Assembly (NCBI GenBank): GCA_965215015.1
Contig: OZ244042.1
Span: 4,352,001 to 4,416,000 of the forward strand
Direction: 5' to 3'
Source: Candidatus Poribacteria bacterium
Lineage (GTDB): Bacteria; Poribacteria; WGA-4E; PCPOR2b
Length of the DNA: 64,000 bases
Made by a program: the position numbers and the translations under genes. Every line of letters starts with the position of its first letter. Positions within the stretch are counted from its first letter, which is position 1. This document shows positions 40,401 through 49,330 of the stretch, piece by piece. Under the pieces are notes generated by a model. That model had not been told where the DNA came from. It did no database searches and saw only the letters and a program-made list of their open reading frames with translations.

Positions 40401-40688
40401 ATTAGACATTTCCCAATCGGCGTTGATAGAATAGAAGAGGCAATGAAGCACAGGCTTTGTAGAATTTCCGATGACCTGATGATGGATTTAAGACGCCACG
40501 CCCAGCGCAAGGAGACTTATTACCAAACCACCGGACGCGTCGTCTATGACGAGTTCTATCCGCGTCACTCCAAACCCATCATAGACGAAATTGACCGGCT
40601 GCTCGCCCAACACTACGGCTTAACCGACGAAGAATTAGACTTCATCATCAACTACGACCTCAAATACCGGCTGGGGTTGGGAAACTGA
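37449..40688 (+). CDS. Large gamma-class N6-adenine DNA methyltransferase (Eco57I/type IIG-like)
   Basis: PYLNGG.F, LGYIFE, GAYYT, LDPTCGSGAF (motif I), YGVDI, FDVIIGNPPY (motif IV), then TRD-like region; ATG 37449 after GAAGGAG. Confidence 0.9.
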   Translation: MPINRDQTCQLLGDFEFETLLIEELGWDYHTQSLNITIDETEYLLIAIAEKRGMVVFHCPARTDGNIPDYATRRKIQREVAKSVHEHLIIYTNTERTTQIWQWVKREPGKPLACREHRYDSEQSGESLIQKLETIAVSFDEEEDITLPDVTGRVRAAFDVERVTKRFYDRFKTEHAQFLNFLEGIPDSEMERWYASVMLNRLMFIYFIQKKGFLNDDIEYLRTKLTGSQVNGNDRYYTDFLCPLFFEGFAKPESERSREVHRLLGKVPYLNGGIFQRHQLEEIYGERIQIADAAFEKLFNFFEDYQWHLDERPLRNDNEINPDVLGYIFEKYINQKQMGAYYTKEDITEYISKNTVIPFLFDAARKECKIAFEGEASVWGLLQANPDRYIYDAVKTGVKGDLPSEIAAGIDDVSKRGLWNTLAPDEYALPTETWRETVARRSRYEAVRTQLSNGEIDEVNALITYNLDIRQFAQDVIENCEGPELLRAFWKAITQVTILDPTCGSGAFLFAALNILEPLYEACLDQMEIFLDDLQHSPRLRGGRDFRKILKSIDQHPNRRYFILKSIIINNLYGVDIMEEAIEICKLRLFLKMVAQIEDVRQIEPLPDIDFNIQGGNTLVGYATYDEVEKAVTENRIDFDNTMESLQEKAEDVEYLFALFRQQQTELGGAVKSNDKQALRDKLKALEDELNRYLAGEYGVDPNKKAAYQKWLSSHKPFHWFIEFYGILKAGGFDVIIGNPPYVEYSKVKKQYTVMEAQTEKCGNLYPMTIERSINLNKGLVGMIVQLPLVCTDRMIPAQSLFKTRHRKSWFANFDDRPGKLFDDLQHIRATIFLSKKEKNLDMTELYATQYKRWFTKARSTLFEDIAYEDITKICFKGAFPKIGDSVGKRIATKLKNTNRSILSFKTGQFPCYFHNSPQYWIRATDFVPYFWNERDGEKMSTQVKPLYLTTELDAGVVVATLNSSLFYWWFILLSDCRHLNLREIRHFPIGVDRIEEAMKHRLCRISDDLMMDLRRHAQRKETYYQTTGRVVYDEFYPRHSKPIIDEIDRLLAQHYGLTDEELDFIINYDLKYRLGLGN

Positions 40689-40708
40689 CCCAACCAAAGG
40701 ATCCTAAA

Positions 40709-40951
40709 ATGAAATTAATCACAGTTTTGAGCGTAATATCTCTACTCTTTGCTATCCCCGCGTTCAGCACCCTGACCGTAGCGGATATTGAGAAGATTCG
40801 CTCAATCATCAAAGCGTTGGACAAACGCCTGACCGGCGAAATCGAAACATTAGGCGAACGATGCCGTGGTCATCGGGATACCACAAATCATCGTCGCCAT
40901 GCAGCGAAAAGATATTTGATTCATATCCTCCTGTTAATCCTTAAATCCTGA
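40709..40951 (+). pseudogene. Small secreted coiled-coil protein, frameshifted by a 44-bp deletion (array copy 1)
   Basis: Near-identical to 41753-42007 up to ..LGER, then out of frame. Confidence 0.7.
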
Positions 40952-42060
40952 AAATCCTGATTCAGACTTCATCTCTTTGCTATCCCCGCGTTCAGCACCC
41001 TGACCGTAGCGGATATTGAGAAGATTCGCTCAATCATCAAAGCGTTGGACAAACGCCTGACCGGCGAAATCGAAACATTAGGCGAACGATGCCGTGGTCA
41101 TCGGGATACCACAAATCATCGTCGCCATGCAGCGAAAAGATATTTGATTCATATCCTCCTGTTAATCCTTAACTCCTGAAAATCCTGATTCAGACTTCAT
41201 CTCTTTGCTATCCCCGCGTTCAGCACCCTGACCATAGCGGATATTGAGAAGATTCGCTCAATCATCAAAGCGTTGGACAAACGCCTGACCGGCGAAATCG
41301 AAACATTAGGCGAACGATGCCGTGGTCATCGGGATACCACAAATCATCGTCGCCATGCAGCGAAAAGATATTTGATTCATATCCTCCTGTTAATCCTTAA
41401 CTCCTGAAAATCCTGATTCAGACTTCATCTCTTTGCTGTCCCCGCGTTCAGCGCCCTGACCGCAGCAGACATTGAGAAGATTCGCTCAATCATCAAAGCG
41501 TTGGACAAACACCTGACCGGCGAAATCGAAACATTAGGCGAACGATGCCGTGGTCATCGGGATACCACAAGTCAGCGTCGCCATGCAGCGAAAAGACATA
41601 CGTACACAAGACGAAAAAATTGAAGGCTTGTAGTCGGTATCAATTTGATTCATATCCTCCTGTTAATCCTTAACTCCTGAAAATCCTGATTCAGACTTCA
41701 TCATCAAATACCGGCTGGGGTTGGGAAAATGACCCAACCAAAGAATCCTAAAATGCAGTTAATCACAGTTTTGAGCGTAATATCTTTACTCTTTGCTGTC
41801 CCCGCGTTCAGCGCCCTGACCGCAGCAGACATTGAGAAGATTCGCTCAATCATCAAAGCGTTGGACAAACACCTGACCGGCGAAATCGAAACATTAGGCG
41901 AACGATTAAACCACATCTTTATGCTGGTCATGGCTTTGGTAGTTTTCATTGCCGTGGTCATCGGGATACCACAAGTCATCGTCGCCATGCAGCGAAAAGA
42001 TATTTGATTCATATCCTCCTGTTAATCCTTAACTCCTGAAAATCCTGATTCAGACTTCAT
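40745..42060 (+). repeat. Tandem array of five ~228-bp units
   Basis: CTCTTTGCT anchors at 40745, 40973, 41201, 41429 (period 228) and 41789 (period 360); each unit ends in AATCCTTAAmTCCTGAAAATCCTGATTCAGAC. Confidence 0.95.
41753..42007 (+). CDS. Small protein: signal peptide, coiled coil, C-terminal TM helix (array copy 5)
   Basis: MQLITVLSVISLLFAVPAFSA-LTAADIEKIRSIIK..LNHIFMLVMALVVFIAVVIGIPQVIVAMQRKDI. Confidence 0.65.
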   Translation: MQLITVLSVISLLFAVPAFSALTAADIEKIRSIIKALDKHLTGEIETLGERLNHIFMLVMALVVFIAVVIGIPQVIVAMQRKDI

Positions 42061-42131
42061 CATCAAATACCGGTTGCAGGAGGAGACCAATGATGCCTTT
42101 GTGTGGATTTACCAGTTAGCCTATGATAAAA

Positions 42132-42418
42132 TAACTTAAGTTGCTAGTATTAGGCATACTCCGTATGCCTTAACCTCCGTCCCATGAACCAACATAGCTC
42201 CAACGGGGCGACATGTACTACTTGCGTTAAGATAGGCACTAAAATTTCAGAGTAATTTTCTAAGCACCTTTTTGTGCAAATTTGTGCACAATGCTCAGAA
42301 ATGAGTCATAGCGTAAGTTCTGCCCCTTTTTGGCTTATCAAGTTTTTCGGTTTACTCTGAAAATTCTGAAACTTTCGAGCACTTCTCAACAATGTTTTGC
42401 GGCTAGCAACTTGAGTTA
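42132..42418. mobile_element. MITE-like element with 16-bp terminal inverted repeats and nested repeats
   Basis: TAACTTAAGTTGCTAG / CTAGCAACTTGAGTTA; inner IR TTTCAGAGTAA/TTACTCTGAAA; lone related ends at 29639-29654 and 42491-42506. Confidence 0.6.
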
Positions 42419-42520
42419 AAATAGAGTGGTTTAGAACAAATGGAACGGAGATTCCTGTTCCCTACAATTGCTGTAAAATGTTAACATGCTCTAGCAACTT
42501 GGATTACAGAAAGGATTATC

Positions 42521-43387
42521 ATGAACACTAGTCCAATCATACCGGGTGAACCGTTTCATGAAGAAAAGACGCAGCAGATTGTCCAACAGTTCCATCGTGA
42601 TGGGTTTGTGCACATCCCCGGTGTATTGACGCCTGAAGAAATCACTGCGCTGCGTGACACAACCGATAGACTCTTTGCAGATGCGTCTCTTGCTGAAAAA
42701 ACGAATCCTCACCTCGCCGATACGAGGTACATCCAGCTGGGACAGCATGATGAATCCGGGGAGGAGCTTCCGTTCATTTTGAGAAATACAATTGAACTGG
42801 ATCCAATCTTTCGAGATATGCTCCTTCGAGAACCCATTCTCAGTTTGGCTGAAGCTATTGTGGGGAAAGATTGTAAGTTCTGTGGGCAAAATGTCCTACG
42901 AAACCTACCCGGTTTATCTATTGAGCGGTGGCATGTCGATGGTCAGGTGCATTTCCCGCTCCCCAAAGAGGTGCCTCGCTTTGATCCACGGATTAAAATG
43001 CAGGTCTTGTGGATTACTGTCCAGATGGCACTCACAGACATTGAGTCTATGAATCAGGGTCCAACGCAGTACGTTCCCGGTAGCCACTATTCTGGACGCG
43101 GACCGAATGATCAAGATTATCCGGAGTTTGAAGGTCGCGGCCCTACATCGGTGTTCTGTAAGGCTGGGGATATCTACTTGCAAGACCCTCAGTGCTGGCA
43201 TCGCGGGGCGCCCAACCGATCCAATCGCACACGCTATATCTTACAATCGCAGTACGCTGCACGATGGGCATATTGGCGCTTTAACTTGTGTAATCAGGTG
43301 CCCGTTCCCGAAGATTACCTACAAACCGCCGATAATCGCTTGCTGAACCTATTGGGACGAAGCCGCCCGGATAGTGTCCACAATTAA
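42521..43387 (+). CDS. Phytanoyl-CoA dioxygenase (PhyH) family protein
   Basis: FHRDGF, WHVD, GPTQYVPGSH, AGD...WHRG.PNRS..R. Confidence 0.9.
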   Translation: MNTSPIIPGEPFHEEKTQQIVQQFHRDGFVHIPGVLTPEEITALRDTTDRLFADASLAEKTNPHLADTRYIQLGQHDESGEELPFILRNTIELDPIFRDMLLREPILSLAEAIVGKDCKFCGQNVLRNLPGLSIERWHVDGQVHFPLPKEVPRFDPRIKMQVLWITVQMALTDIESMNQGPTQYVPGSHYSGRGPNDQDYPEFEGRGPTSVFCKAGDIYLQDPQCWHRGAPNRSNRTRYILQSQYAARWAYWRFNLCNQVPVPEDYLQTADNRLLNLLGRSRPDSVHN

Positions 43388-43439
43388 TCTTTCTTAAAAC
43401 GGACAGGACAAGTTTGGATAGCTAAAAGGAAAGAAAGTC

Positions 43440-46400
43440 ATGAAAGTAAAAGCCACAATACTAGTTAGTTTGACCCTTATGCTGAATATCGTTTGGGGTG
43501 CCTTTGGTCAAGAAGAAGTGGTGGTTGTTCCCGAAATTTTCCTGAGAGGCTACGATCCTGTTACCGTTTTTTTCCTTGAAGGCAGGGGGCAGAAAGCCGG
43601 TGAACCGGCGGATGACCCCGGCGCGCTGCTCCAAATTGAGCCCAATCACCCCGGCGAATATCGATGGTTGGACGCCAAAACTCTACAGTTCTTGCCCACC
43701 GTGCGTTGGCCCGCCCTGCGTCGCTTTAAGATAACTGTCAACAGAGTGGCACATACCCTTGTTACGCTAATGGCAGCACCGAAAAGTATTTCACCCTCTA
43801 ACGGCAGTCGAGAACTGGAGCCGATTCAAGAAATACAGCTATCCTTTGCGGACCGGCTAAATGTTGACGAGTTGAGTGCGATGCTTCGTTTTGAAGTGCG
43901 CCCGACACCGGGGCTAGAAGCTACCAGTGACGGGAAGGTGCCTGCATCTCTACAATTGACGACTCAGGATTTTACCATAAAAGAGATTGAACGGGCATCA
44001 ATTCGGGATGCAGTCCAGTACCAGATTAGTTTTGGCAATCCTATTCCTTATGGTAGGTTGGTCACTATGACGCTGCAGCTCTCGTTAGATGAGCGCTTAA
44101 AGGGGGCACTTGTTCGATACACTTTTGGGACCCAAACCGTTTTTAGATTGACCGGCATCGGTTGTGAGAGTGTCGTCTTTCCTGTTGCCGCTAAAGGTAG
44201 TACCTATCCAATAGAGCAACCCCTTCAAGGTGGAGATGGCGATGAGCCGCTCTTTCTTGAATTCAGCCACGACCTGGGACCTGTTTCGATGGCAGCAGTG
44301 AAGCAATTGGTTCGATTTGAGCCCACTGTGAGGAATTTCCGTTTTAAGATTTCTGGAAAGCGACTCAATCTCCACTTTAGTCCCGAAAGAGAGCAGATTT
44401 ACCGATTAACTCTTCAAGAAACGGTTTTAAGGGACAGAAACGGCAGAGATCTATCGACATTTGGTGACACCGCCCTCTATTTTTACTATACCCAGGCCGA
44501 TCCTTACCTGCGATGGCGGCAAAGCAGGGGAATCCTTGAACGCTATGGGGCGCAGAAATTTCCGATGGAGGGACGTGGTGAAGAACAGGTCGATTTGCGG
44601 GTTTATAAGCTAGATCCACTGGATCGAAATTTTTGGCCTTTCCCGGGCAGGCCTGTGACAGTCAATGAGGAAGCCCGCCCCCCGGGGCCGGGTGAAGAGC
44701 CCGCTTTTGCCACAAATATGTCAAAACAGATCCAGCTACTTGGGAGTCCGCTCGTTTCGCGGTTGGTTCCGCTGCCGATGAAGGATCGAATGGGCACCCT
44801 CCGATTTGGTCTCAATCTGAAATCTTTATTGGCAAAAATCTCCGGCGAAAACCGACCGGGGACGTACCTCTTGGGCTATCGTAAAATCGGCAGCAGCACC
44901 CAACGAAATTATGCTCGTATTCAAGTGACCGATTTGAGCCTCAGCACGGTTGAGGAAGACTCAGCGGTGAACTTTGTCGTAACTGCTTTGAGTACCGGTA
45001 CGCCTGTGGTTGGGGCAAAGGTGATTGTCGAAGGACGGTATCATAGCGATTCAGAAAAGGTCTGGATGCCGATTATTTCAGGCATCACCGACAGCACAGG
45101 ACAGTTCCGTTATGAGCACAAAGAGGAGATTAAAGCCGTTCTACGCCGCATCGTGGTTAGTCACGAAGGGGACGTGCTGACACTTAATCCCGCTAAGCCA
45201 CCGCCCCATTTTCTGGACAACCACTGGTATAGTTCACGCAGAAGTTGGCTTGCTTGGCTAGAGAGGTCTCCACGCCAAGTCAAAGACAAGCCGGTGCGAA
45301 AGGCCCATATTTTTACAGAACGCCCTGTGTATCGCCCGGAAGAACCTGTCCACATCAAAGGATATTTGCGGCTGCGACATAGGGGCAGCCTCAAATATGA
45401 GGGGCATCGTCCCAGAACTCTGCGGATGGAAGGACCGGGAGATAAAAAGTGGACATATCCGCTCACCTTTACGGAGCTCGGCAGTTTTTATCATAAATTT
45501 GATGAGAAAGATTTGCCCACAGGAAGCTATCGAGCGAGCCTTCTCGATATCAGCGAGAATGAATTGGCTGCTGTAACCTTCAAAAAGGAGAGTTATCGTA
45601 TCCCTCGCTTTGAGGTTCAACTGTCCGGACCGGATATCGTTCCGACAGATAGGGCATTCACATTAACGATGACCGCTGACTACTATGCCGGCGGCAGGGT
45701 GGTCGATCAGGAGGTTACTTGGCGGGTTACACAGCAGGCCGATGGCTTCGGTGCACCAACCGAATACGCCGGGTTTCTATTTTCAACAGATCAGCGTTTT
45801 AGTGACGGGGCTCCTTTCCGCGCAGGAAGCATCACCAAAAAGGAGGTCACAGACAAAAACGGTTCTGCAACGCTGGAACTCAACCCTGCCTTGGAACCGG
45901 ATGGCAGATCCCGTCTATATGTGGTGGAAGCGACGGTGCGTGGTGCCGATGAACAGACGGTCACAGCCGCTAAAAGTGTGTTGGCGGCTCCTGCTTTTGT
46001 TTTGGGGTTGAAACTAGATCGATTTCTCAAGGATACACTAGTTATCAATCCACAGGTGCTGGTGTTGAACCATGAGAGAAAGCCGCTGGAAGGGTTGGAA
46101 TTCCATTTGCGTCTGATGCACCGTCAGTGGCATTCGTACCTCAAGGAGAGCGATTTCACGACAGGAAGGGCTGAATATGTAACCGACGTGGTAGATGTTC
46201 CTTTGATCCAACAAACGCTGGTTTCAACCACTGAACCGATGACACTATCATTGCCTGTCGAAGCGGCAGGCATTTACGTCGTTGAAATTGCAGCTCACGA
46301 CAGACTTGGCAGGCGACAAAGTGCATCCGCCGATCTGTACGTTGCTGACGATACCGCCGTGGCGTGGGAGAAGCCGCAGGCGAATGTCTTTGAAACTACA

Positions 46401-49187
46401 CCGGACAAAACTGCATACGATCCGGGGGAGGTAGTCAACCTGCTCCTAAAAAGTCCATTTCAGCAGGCAAGTGCCCTGATTATCGTGGAAGCTCCGAAAG
46501 CCAATCAGTACCATTGGGTTAATATTGAAAACGGTCAGGGGATTTTCCCTATACCGATTACCGGAGACATGACACCACGTATGCCGGTACATTCGCTGCT
46601 TTTGCGTGGACGGCTTGAAGGGATAGAGATGGCTGATGCGAGCACAGTTGATGTTGCCAAACCGATTACCATGGCAAGCACCGCTTGGGTTCAAGTCAAC
46701 CCGCGGGATAATCAACTCAAGATTGAATTAGAGCATCCCACTCAAAACCTGCCCGGCGCATCCATGCCGATGACAATCAAACTCAGCGATCCCGATGGAA
46801 ATCCGCTAAACGGTGAAGTTACCCTCTGGCTAGTCGATCGGGCTGTCCTTGCCCTCGGTCATGAGCAACGATTGGATCCTTTACCCTCCTTCATTGATGA
46901 AGTGAAAGCCCACATTCGTATCCGTGACACTCGGAACGAGGTTATCGGAGATTTAACCGTGAACGAGGTGCCCGGTGGGGATGGAAGACTTGGGTTTGAC
47001 GCAATGGCCGCACGATATGCGCTGTTTGGCAAGGTAACGGTGCGGAAAAACTTCCAGTCCGTTCCCTATTACAACCCCCTTGTGGAGGTGGTTGAAGGTG
47101 TTGCAACACTCACCATTGACCTGCCTGATAATCTGACAGACTTTGCTGTGCGAGCGGTGGTGACTGACGGTGCTGCCCGTTTCGGTTACGCCAAATCCGT
47201 CCTCTCCATTCGTTTGCCGCTGATCGTTCAATCTGCGCTGCCGCGCTTTGTGCGTCCGGGGGATAATTTTGTCGCGGGCGGCATTGGTCGAATCGTCGAA
47301 GGCGAAGGGGGGCCAGGACAGGTTGAGCTTCAGGTAGAAGGATTGGAGGTCGACGGTAAGATGCAGCACTCGGTGGACTGGGTGAAGGATCAGCCCAAAC
47401 AGCTCTACTTTCCGATGAAGGTCACTGCATCAGCCCCTACTGATGATAAAACCAGTGAGGTGAAGGTGCGCCTCGCTGTTAAGCGAGAAGTTGATGGAGC
47501 GATGGATGCTTTTGAAGTGACGTTGCCGGTCAAAAATGACAGCGAAAGACGCCGGTTAGAAGCCTTCGTGCCGCTCACGCCGGCTGAGACAATCTTTTTC
47601 CCGTCCCTCGAAGAAGAACCTAGGCCCGGAAACGTTCGCCAATCTGTGCTATTGACCTATCAACCCGCATTGGTGAAGATGCTATCGGGGCTCGATTACT
47701 TGACGCGTTACCCGTATGACTGCACGGAGCAGCGCATCAGCCAGTTGATGTCTGAGCTGGCACTCAAAAACCTGCTCGATCAGATTGGTCGAGGAGATCG
47801 TACCGAAGCCATTGACTTGTCAATGCGAGAGAACTTTGCCTATCTGGAGAGTGTGCTGCACCCCAGTGGGCTTTACAGCTGCTGGCCTGGCTCCCGTAGC
47901 TATGTCAGTCTAACCGCTTATGTGGTAGAGTTTCTGTTGATGGCAAAAGCACAGGGTTACGAATTTGATGAGAAACTCTTGGAAAAAGGGCTTAGTGGTT
48001 TGAGAGCCTCCCTGCGCTCGGATTATAGTCATTTTATTAATGGCAGGTCCCATGTCGAGCGTGCGGAAGCCCTTCATGCGTTGGCGATGGCTGATGACTT
48101 TCAAGATGCCTACGCGCACGACCTGCTTGCACGTGCCCTGACAATGGATCTCTATAGCGAAGCTAAAATCATGTATGCTTTTCTTAGAAAGGCACGAGAG
48201 GAAACCGAGTCAATTAATCGGCTCAGCCAGGATCTCTCAAAAAGTTTGGTCTTCGCGATTCAAAACGGGGAGGAGGTCTACCAAGGATTGCAGTATCGGG
48301 CAGAGAGCTGGGGTGGGTTAATCAATTCCAGCGAGGTCAAGACGCTTGCTAGCGTCGCTAGATCGCTTTATACCGTTGAGCCAGAAGGTCTGAAAACAGA
48401 GCTGCTCTTTGACGAACTGATTGCGCGTGGGGAAGCAAGCGGCTGGGGAAGCACCAATGCCAACGCCGCTGCCTTGCTCGCCTTGGGCGAGGTGTTTCGA
48501 CTGCAAACACCACCATCAACGGGTCATCAGTTTGTCCTGCAATTTGGAGATGCGTCTGTAGAAATCGACACGGCCGGAAAGGTTATCAGTCAATACGAGA
48601 CGATCGCTGCTAGCCCCGGTGGGGTGACGTGGAAATCGGGTCCCACCGATATACTGCCTTATGCACGGTTGAGACTGGACTATATGCCCGCGGCGAGCGG
48701 CGATCAGGTTGATGGCAAAAACGAGGGATTTGTCGTCGAGCGGTGGATTCAGATTGTCCGAGGCGAAAATGAACCACCTGTCGGGCGTCCGGTCAAAGCG
48801 GGAGAAGCCCTTGAAATAGAGATGGGAACTATTGTAGAGGAACACATCCGCGTGGTGAACCCGGAAGTGCGGCATTATGTTGCAGTGGCTGCGCCGTTTG
48901 CCGCCGGCTTTGAACCGATGAATCCAAATCTTGCCACCGCCTCACAGGCAGCCAAACCTGCCGGGACAATGACGCAGGAGCCTGCCTATGCACAATATCA
49001 GGATGACCAGGTCATCTTCTATTACGATACCCTCCCAAAGGGAACCTATGACTTTTACTTCCGGCTGAAGGCGAGTATTGCGGGGAGTTTCGTCCATCCA
49101 CCGGCAAAGGCAGAGATGATGTATAAAGAAATGGTCCGTGGTCGCTCTGATGGGACGCGCATCGTCGTTACACCTGATCGTAGATGA
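43440..49187 (+). CDS. Bacterial alpha-2-macroglobulin
   Basis: FTERPVYRPEE (MG2), LPDNLT, LPRFVRPGD, thioester YPYDCTEQ, G.F..PPA.AE.MY; signal peptide. Confidence 0.93.
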   Translation: MKVKATILVSLTLMLNIVWGAFGQEEVVVVPEIFLRGYDPVTVFFLEGRGQKAGEPADDPGALLQIEPNHPGEYRWLDAKTLQFLPTVRWPALRRFKITVNRVAHTLVTLMAAPKSISPSNGSRELEPIQEIQLSFADRLNVDELSAMLRFEVRPTPGLEATSDGKVPASLQLTTQDFTIKEIERASIRDAVQYQISFGNPIPYGRLVTMTLQLSLDERLKGALVRYTFGTQTVFRLTGIGCESVVFPVAAKGSTYPIEQPLQGGDGDEPLFLEFSHDLGPVSMAAVKQLVRFEPTVRNFRFKISGKRLNLHFSPEREQIYRLTLQETVLRDRNGRDLSTFGDTALYFYYTQADPYLRWRQSRGILERYGAQKFPMEGRGEEQVDLRVYKLDPLDRNFWPFPGRPVTVNEEARPPGPGEEPAFATNMSKQIQLLGSPLVSRLVPLPMKDRMGTLRFGLNLKSLLAKISGENRPGTYLLGYRKIGSSTQRNYARIQVTDLSLSTVEEDSAVNFVVTALSTGTPVVGAKVIVEGRYHSDSEKVWMPIISGITDSTGQFRYEHKEEIKAVLRRIVVSHEGDVLTLNPAKPPPHFLDNHWYSSRRSWLAWLERSPRQVKDKPVRKAHIFTERPVYRPEEPVHIKGYLRLRHRGSLKYEGHRPRTLRMEGPGDKKWTYPLTFTELGSFYHKFDEKDLPTGSYRASLLDISENELAAVTFKKESYRIPRFEVQLSGPDIVPTDRAFTLTMTADYYAGGRVVDQEVTWRVTQQADGFGAPTEYAGFLFSTDQRFSDGAPFRAGSITKKEVTDKNGSATLELNPALEPDGRSRLYVVEATVRGADEQTVTAAKSVLAAPAFVLGLKLDRFLKDTLVINPQVLVLNHERKPLEGLEFHLRLMHRQWHSYLKESDFTTGRAEYVTDVVDVPLIQQTLVSTTEPMTLSLPVEAAGIYVVEIAAHDRLGRRQSASADLYVADDTAVAWEKPQANVFETTPDKTAYDPGEVVNLLLKSPFQQASALIIVEAPKANQYHWVNIENGQGIFPIPITGDMTPRMPVHSLLLRGRLEGIEMADASTVDVAKPITMASTAWVQVNPRDNQLKIELEHPTQNLPGASMPMTIKLSDPDGNPLNGEVTLWLVDRAVLALGHEQRLDPLPSFIDEVKAHIRIRDTRNEVIGDLTVNEVPGGDGRLGFDAMAARYALFGKVTVRKNFQSVPYYNPLVEVVEGVATLTIDLPDNLTDFAVRAVVTDGAARFGYAKSVLSIRLPLIVQSALPRFVRPGDNFVAGGIGRIVEGEGGPGQVELQVEGLEVDGKMQHSVDWVKDQPKQLYFPMKVTASAPTDDKTSEVKVRLAVKREVDGAMDAFEVTLPVKNDSERRRLEAFVPLTPAETIFFPSLEEEPRPGNVRQSVLLTYQPALVKMLSGLDYLTRYPYDCTEQRISQLMSELALKNLLDQIGRGDRTEAIDLSMRENFAYLESVLHPSGLYSCWPGSRSYVSLTAYVVEFLLMAKAQGYEFDEKLLEKGLSGLRASLRSDYSHFINGRSHVERAEALHALAMADDFQDAYAHDLLARALTMDLYSEAKIMYAFLRKAREETESINRLSQDLSKSLVFAIQNGEEVYQGLQYRAESWGGLINSSEVKTLASVARSLYTVEPEGLKTELLFDELIARGEASGWGSTNANAAALLALGEVFRLQTPPSTGHQFVLQFGDASVEIDTAGKVISQYETIAASPGGVTWKSGPTDILPYARLRLDYMPAASGDQVDGKNEGFVVERWIQIVRGENEPPVGRPVKAGEALEIEMGTIVEEHIRVVNPEVRHYVAVAAPFAAGFEPMNPNLATASQAAKPAGTMTQEPAYAQYQDDQVIFYYDTLPKGTYDFYFRLKASIAGSFVHPPAKAEMMYKEMVRGRSDGTRIVVTPDRR

Positions 49188-49330
49188 GACAGATAATGCG
49201 GCTGACGCGGATAAGCTAGTGACTTAATACGCACCGATCCATAATCTAAGTAGGATTACAGAATTAATACGTCATGCGTAGTATGTGAGGCCCAAATTGC
49301 TTGCGTATTACGCATTATTCTTTCGCTCTT

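Noticed and set aside
40850-42012. Minus-strand peptide in each repeat (AGGAGG-AT-ATG, MNQISFRCMAT..) and ORF 41704-42012
   Set aside because: SD-to-ATG spacing is only 2 nt, the SD belongs to the dispersed repeat, and the frame is antisense to a credible signal-peptide gene
40745-42060. CRISPR array or DGR template/variable repeat
   Set aside because: Units are 228 bp with no unique spacers, differences are not adenine-specific, and there is no cas or reverse transcriptase gene in the window
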